NCBI GenBank assembly: GCA_031289425.1
Contig: JAITPM010000040.1
Location: 55,423 to 119,422 of the forward strand
Direction: 5' to 3'
DNA from: Fusobacteriaceae bacterium
Lineage (GTDB): Bacteria; Fusobacteriota; Fusobacteriia; Fusobacteriales; Fusobacteriaceae
Length of the DNA: 64,000 bases
Position 1 is the first letter of the stretch. Every line of letters begins with the position of its first letter. Both the position numbers and the translations under genes were made by a program. Below are positions 62,720 to 64,000 of this stretch, piece by piece. The notes under the pieces were generated by a model that saw nothing but the letters and a program-made list of their open reading frames with translations, had not been told where the DNA came from and searched no databases.

Positions 62720-63505
62720 TTATTCTTTTTCTAAAATTCTACTTATCTCTGATAAATGCCTTGATACAGCAGTTTTTTCTTCTTCTGATAACTTTTCTTT
62801 CTTCTTTTCATATTCTTCTACAATAGAAAGAATATCGTTAGTTTCATATATTTTTACATTTTTAGGAATTATTTCAAATGTTACCTCTTTTTCTATTACT
62901 TGCACATCATTTGTTTCTTCTGTATTATTTATTTTAGTTTGGTCTGTTATTATAGCAATATTAGCATTTATAAATTCTTTTAATTTTTCTTTTGTTATTG
63001 ATGGATCATTTAATTGTTTTAACAATTCATCTTCACCTATTTTTTTTATGCAGTCAAGTTGTCTTGTTGGCAATTGTTTTATACATTTTTTACCTGCTTC
63101 GTTGTTTGTACTTGTATAAAGTTTATATCTTAATCTATGTCTCCATGCACTTTTAGGTGAAATGCCTTTTATTTCCAACCATTTAGTATATACACCGTCA
63201 ATACTTCCTTGTTGTGATATTGCGGTAAATACATCCTCTAATATTTTTCCAGAATCTAGCATCATGTCACAACAAATATTATCAAATTCTATAGATTTTT
63301 GTATAAGTGTGTTTAATAATTCTTCACCAACTTCTTCTCTTAATGACTGTAGATCCTGAGTGTCGACGATATCCGAGATATCAACATATCCAGTTGTTGC
63401 CCCTTTTACAACCAATTGATTTCCATTAAAGTTTCTCTCACTAAGCAATTTTTGTAAATTTTCCATATTTTTTTTAGCATCAAATCCTTTTCCCATATTA
63501 TTCAT
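62720..63505 (-). CDS. Hypothetical protein upstream of parA
   Basis: 261 aa ORF with RBS AAGGAG. No motif recognised. Confidence 0.5.
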   Translation of the reverse strand: MNNMGKGFDAKKNMENLQKLLSERNFNGNQLVVKGATTGYVDISDIVDTQDLQSLREEVGEELLNTLIQKSIEFDNICCDMMLDSGKILEDVFTAISQQGSIDGVYTKWLEIKGISPKSAWRHRLRYKLYTSTNNEAGKKCIKQLPTRQLDCIKKIGEDELLKQLNDPSITKEKLKEFINANIAIITDQTKINNTEETNDVQVIEKEVTFEIIPKNVKIYETNDILSIVEEYEKKKEKLSEEEKTAVSRHLSEISRILEKE

Positions 63506-63894
63506 CTCCTTTTATTTTTTACCTTTCGGACATGCCGTATCTGAAAGTGTATAATATTTTTAAATTTTTCTATGTTTTGCATATTATTTACAATTTCATA
63601 TAAATTCAATTTTTACTATTTTTATTATACTTGTAAAAATATTTTTTTATCTTCTTTAACCATTTCAAAATTTATTTTTAATTTTTCTTTTTCTTTCTCA
63701 TACAAAAATAATATTTTATTATGGATAATACCTTGCATTTTTACAGTATTATTAAGTAAGAAAGGCGATGGTTGCCATTCTTCAGTAATTATATTATTCA
63801 ATTTGCCTATATAAAATTTTATTCCTTTATATTTAATATTTAAATAGTTTCAAAATCCCTTTTTATTCTCTTCTAATATTCCATATTTCCTTCT

Positions 63895-64000
63895 CTATAG
63901 TGTTATACCGTCCGTTTTTATTAATTCTATTACGATTGGAAATAGTAAAACTTCTGCAAATATAGAATCAAATCCGAATGTATATACAGTTTTAGTTCTT
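63895..64000 (-). CDS. 3' end of an ORF entering from beyond the window (unknown function)
   Basis: The minus-strand frame is open from nt 63999 to the TAG at 63895-63897 (..KTVYTFGFDSIFAEVLLFPIVIELIKTDGITL*). Confidence 0.25.
   Translation of the reverse strand, partial: RTKTVYTFGFDSIFAEVLLFPIVIELIKTDGITL

Larger units (their letters stand above)
34552..64000. mobile_element. Integrative conjugative element / integrated conjugative plasmid (left end at the tRNA-Gln fragment; right end beyond the window)
   Basis: tRNA-fragment junction, adjacent tyrosine integrase, near-complete P-type T4SS, coupling protein, relaxase, oriT-like site, ArdC, TopB, ParA. Visibly lower GC than nt 1-34.5k. Confidence 0.85.

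Noticed and set aside
63572-63894. Coding-like minus-strand segment (..YKGIKFYIGKLNNIITEEWQPSPFLLNNTVKMQGIIHNKILFLYEKEKEKLKINFEMVKEDKKIFLQV*) and + strand ORF 63572..63814.
   Set aside because: - The minus-strand frame has no plausible start codon or RBS before an upstream stop, and may be a gene remnant.
- The + strand ORF is a phenylalanine/isoleucine-rich shadow frame.
- Neither is supported well enough to call.
34552-64000. Prophage interpretation of the integrase-bearing region.
   Set aside because: No capsid, portal, terminase, tail or lysis genes are present. The content is T4SS, coupling protein, relaxase and oriT, which fits a conjugative element.

Overview
AT-rich bacterial window. 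The MipA/OmpV-type outer-membrane protein and a P-type T4SS suggest a diderm host, possibly Fusobacteriota-like, but that is inference only. It splits into two parts.

(1) nt 1-34.5k looks chromosomal.
- A sulfonate/taurine-type ABC importer, cysK, and a DUF4418/FtsX/ABC triad lie on the + strand.
- A decayed AAA ATPase gene, a type II pantothenate kinase-like gene and a PNPOx-like gene follow.
- A ~15.7 kb run of 15 co-directional minus-strand genes (9138-24839) is devoted to sulfur amino-acid metabolism. In transcription order: DapA-like aldolase, MetNIQ, M20 amidohydrolase, cystathionine lyase/synthase, NifX-like protein, Fe-S flavoprotein, a second CysK, a NifK/NifD-like nitrogenase-component-1 pair with no NifH, PatB, a DcyD-like enzyme, a second copy of the sulfonate-type binding protein, and an enolase-superfamily enzyme.
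- Two unannotated Cys/Met-rich small ORFs sit in leader positions of this cluster.
- Upstream lies a sigma-54-dependent acid-sugar-like operon (SAF-domain dehydrogenase, KdgT, amidohydrolase, DUF1537 kinase, class II aldolase). It has a clear -24/-12 promoter and a divergent PrpR-type activator.

(2) nt ~34.55k to the window end (>=29.4 kb) is visibly more AT-rich. It is an integrative conjugative element or integrated conjugative plasmid, inserted in the 3' half of a tRNA-Gln gene.
- Integration: XRE regulator and tyrosine integrase.
- Transfer: P-type T4SS (VirB2/3/4/6/8/9/10/11, VirD4, TrbJ-like protein, TraF pilin peptidase), MOBQ-type relaxase with an R1162-like oriT candidate.
- Accessory and maintenance: ArdC fused to pentapeptide and MORN repeats, a second small tyrosine recombinase, TopB, ParA.

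I saw no rRNA, intact tRNA or CRISPR array. All functional calls come from reading the translations and motifs by eye; no searches were run.
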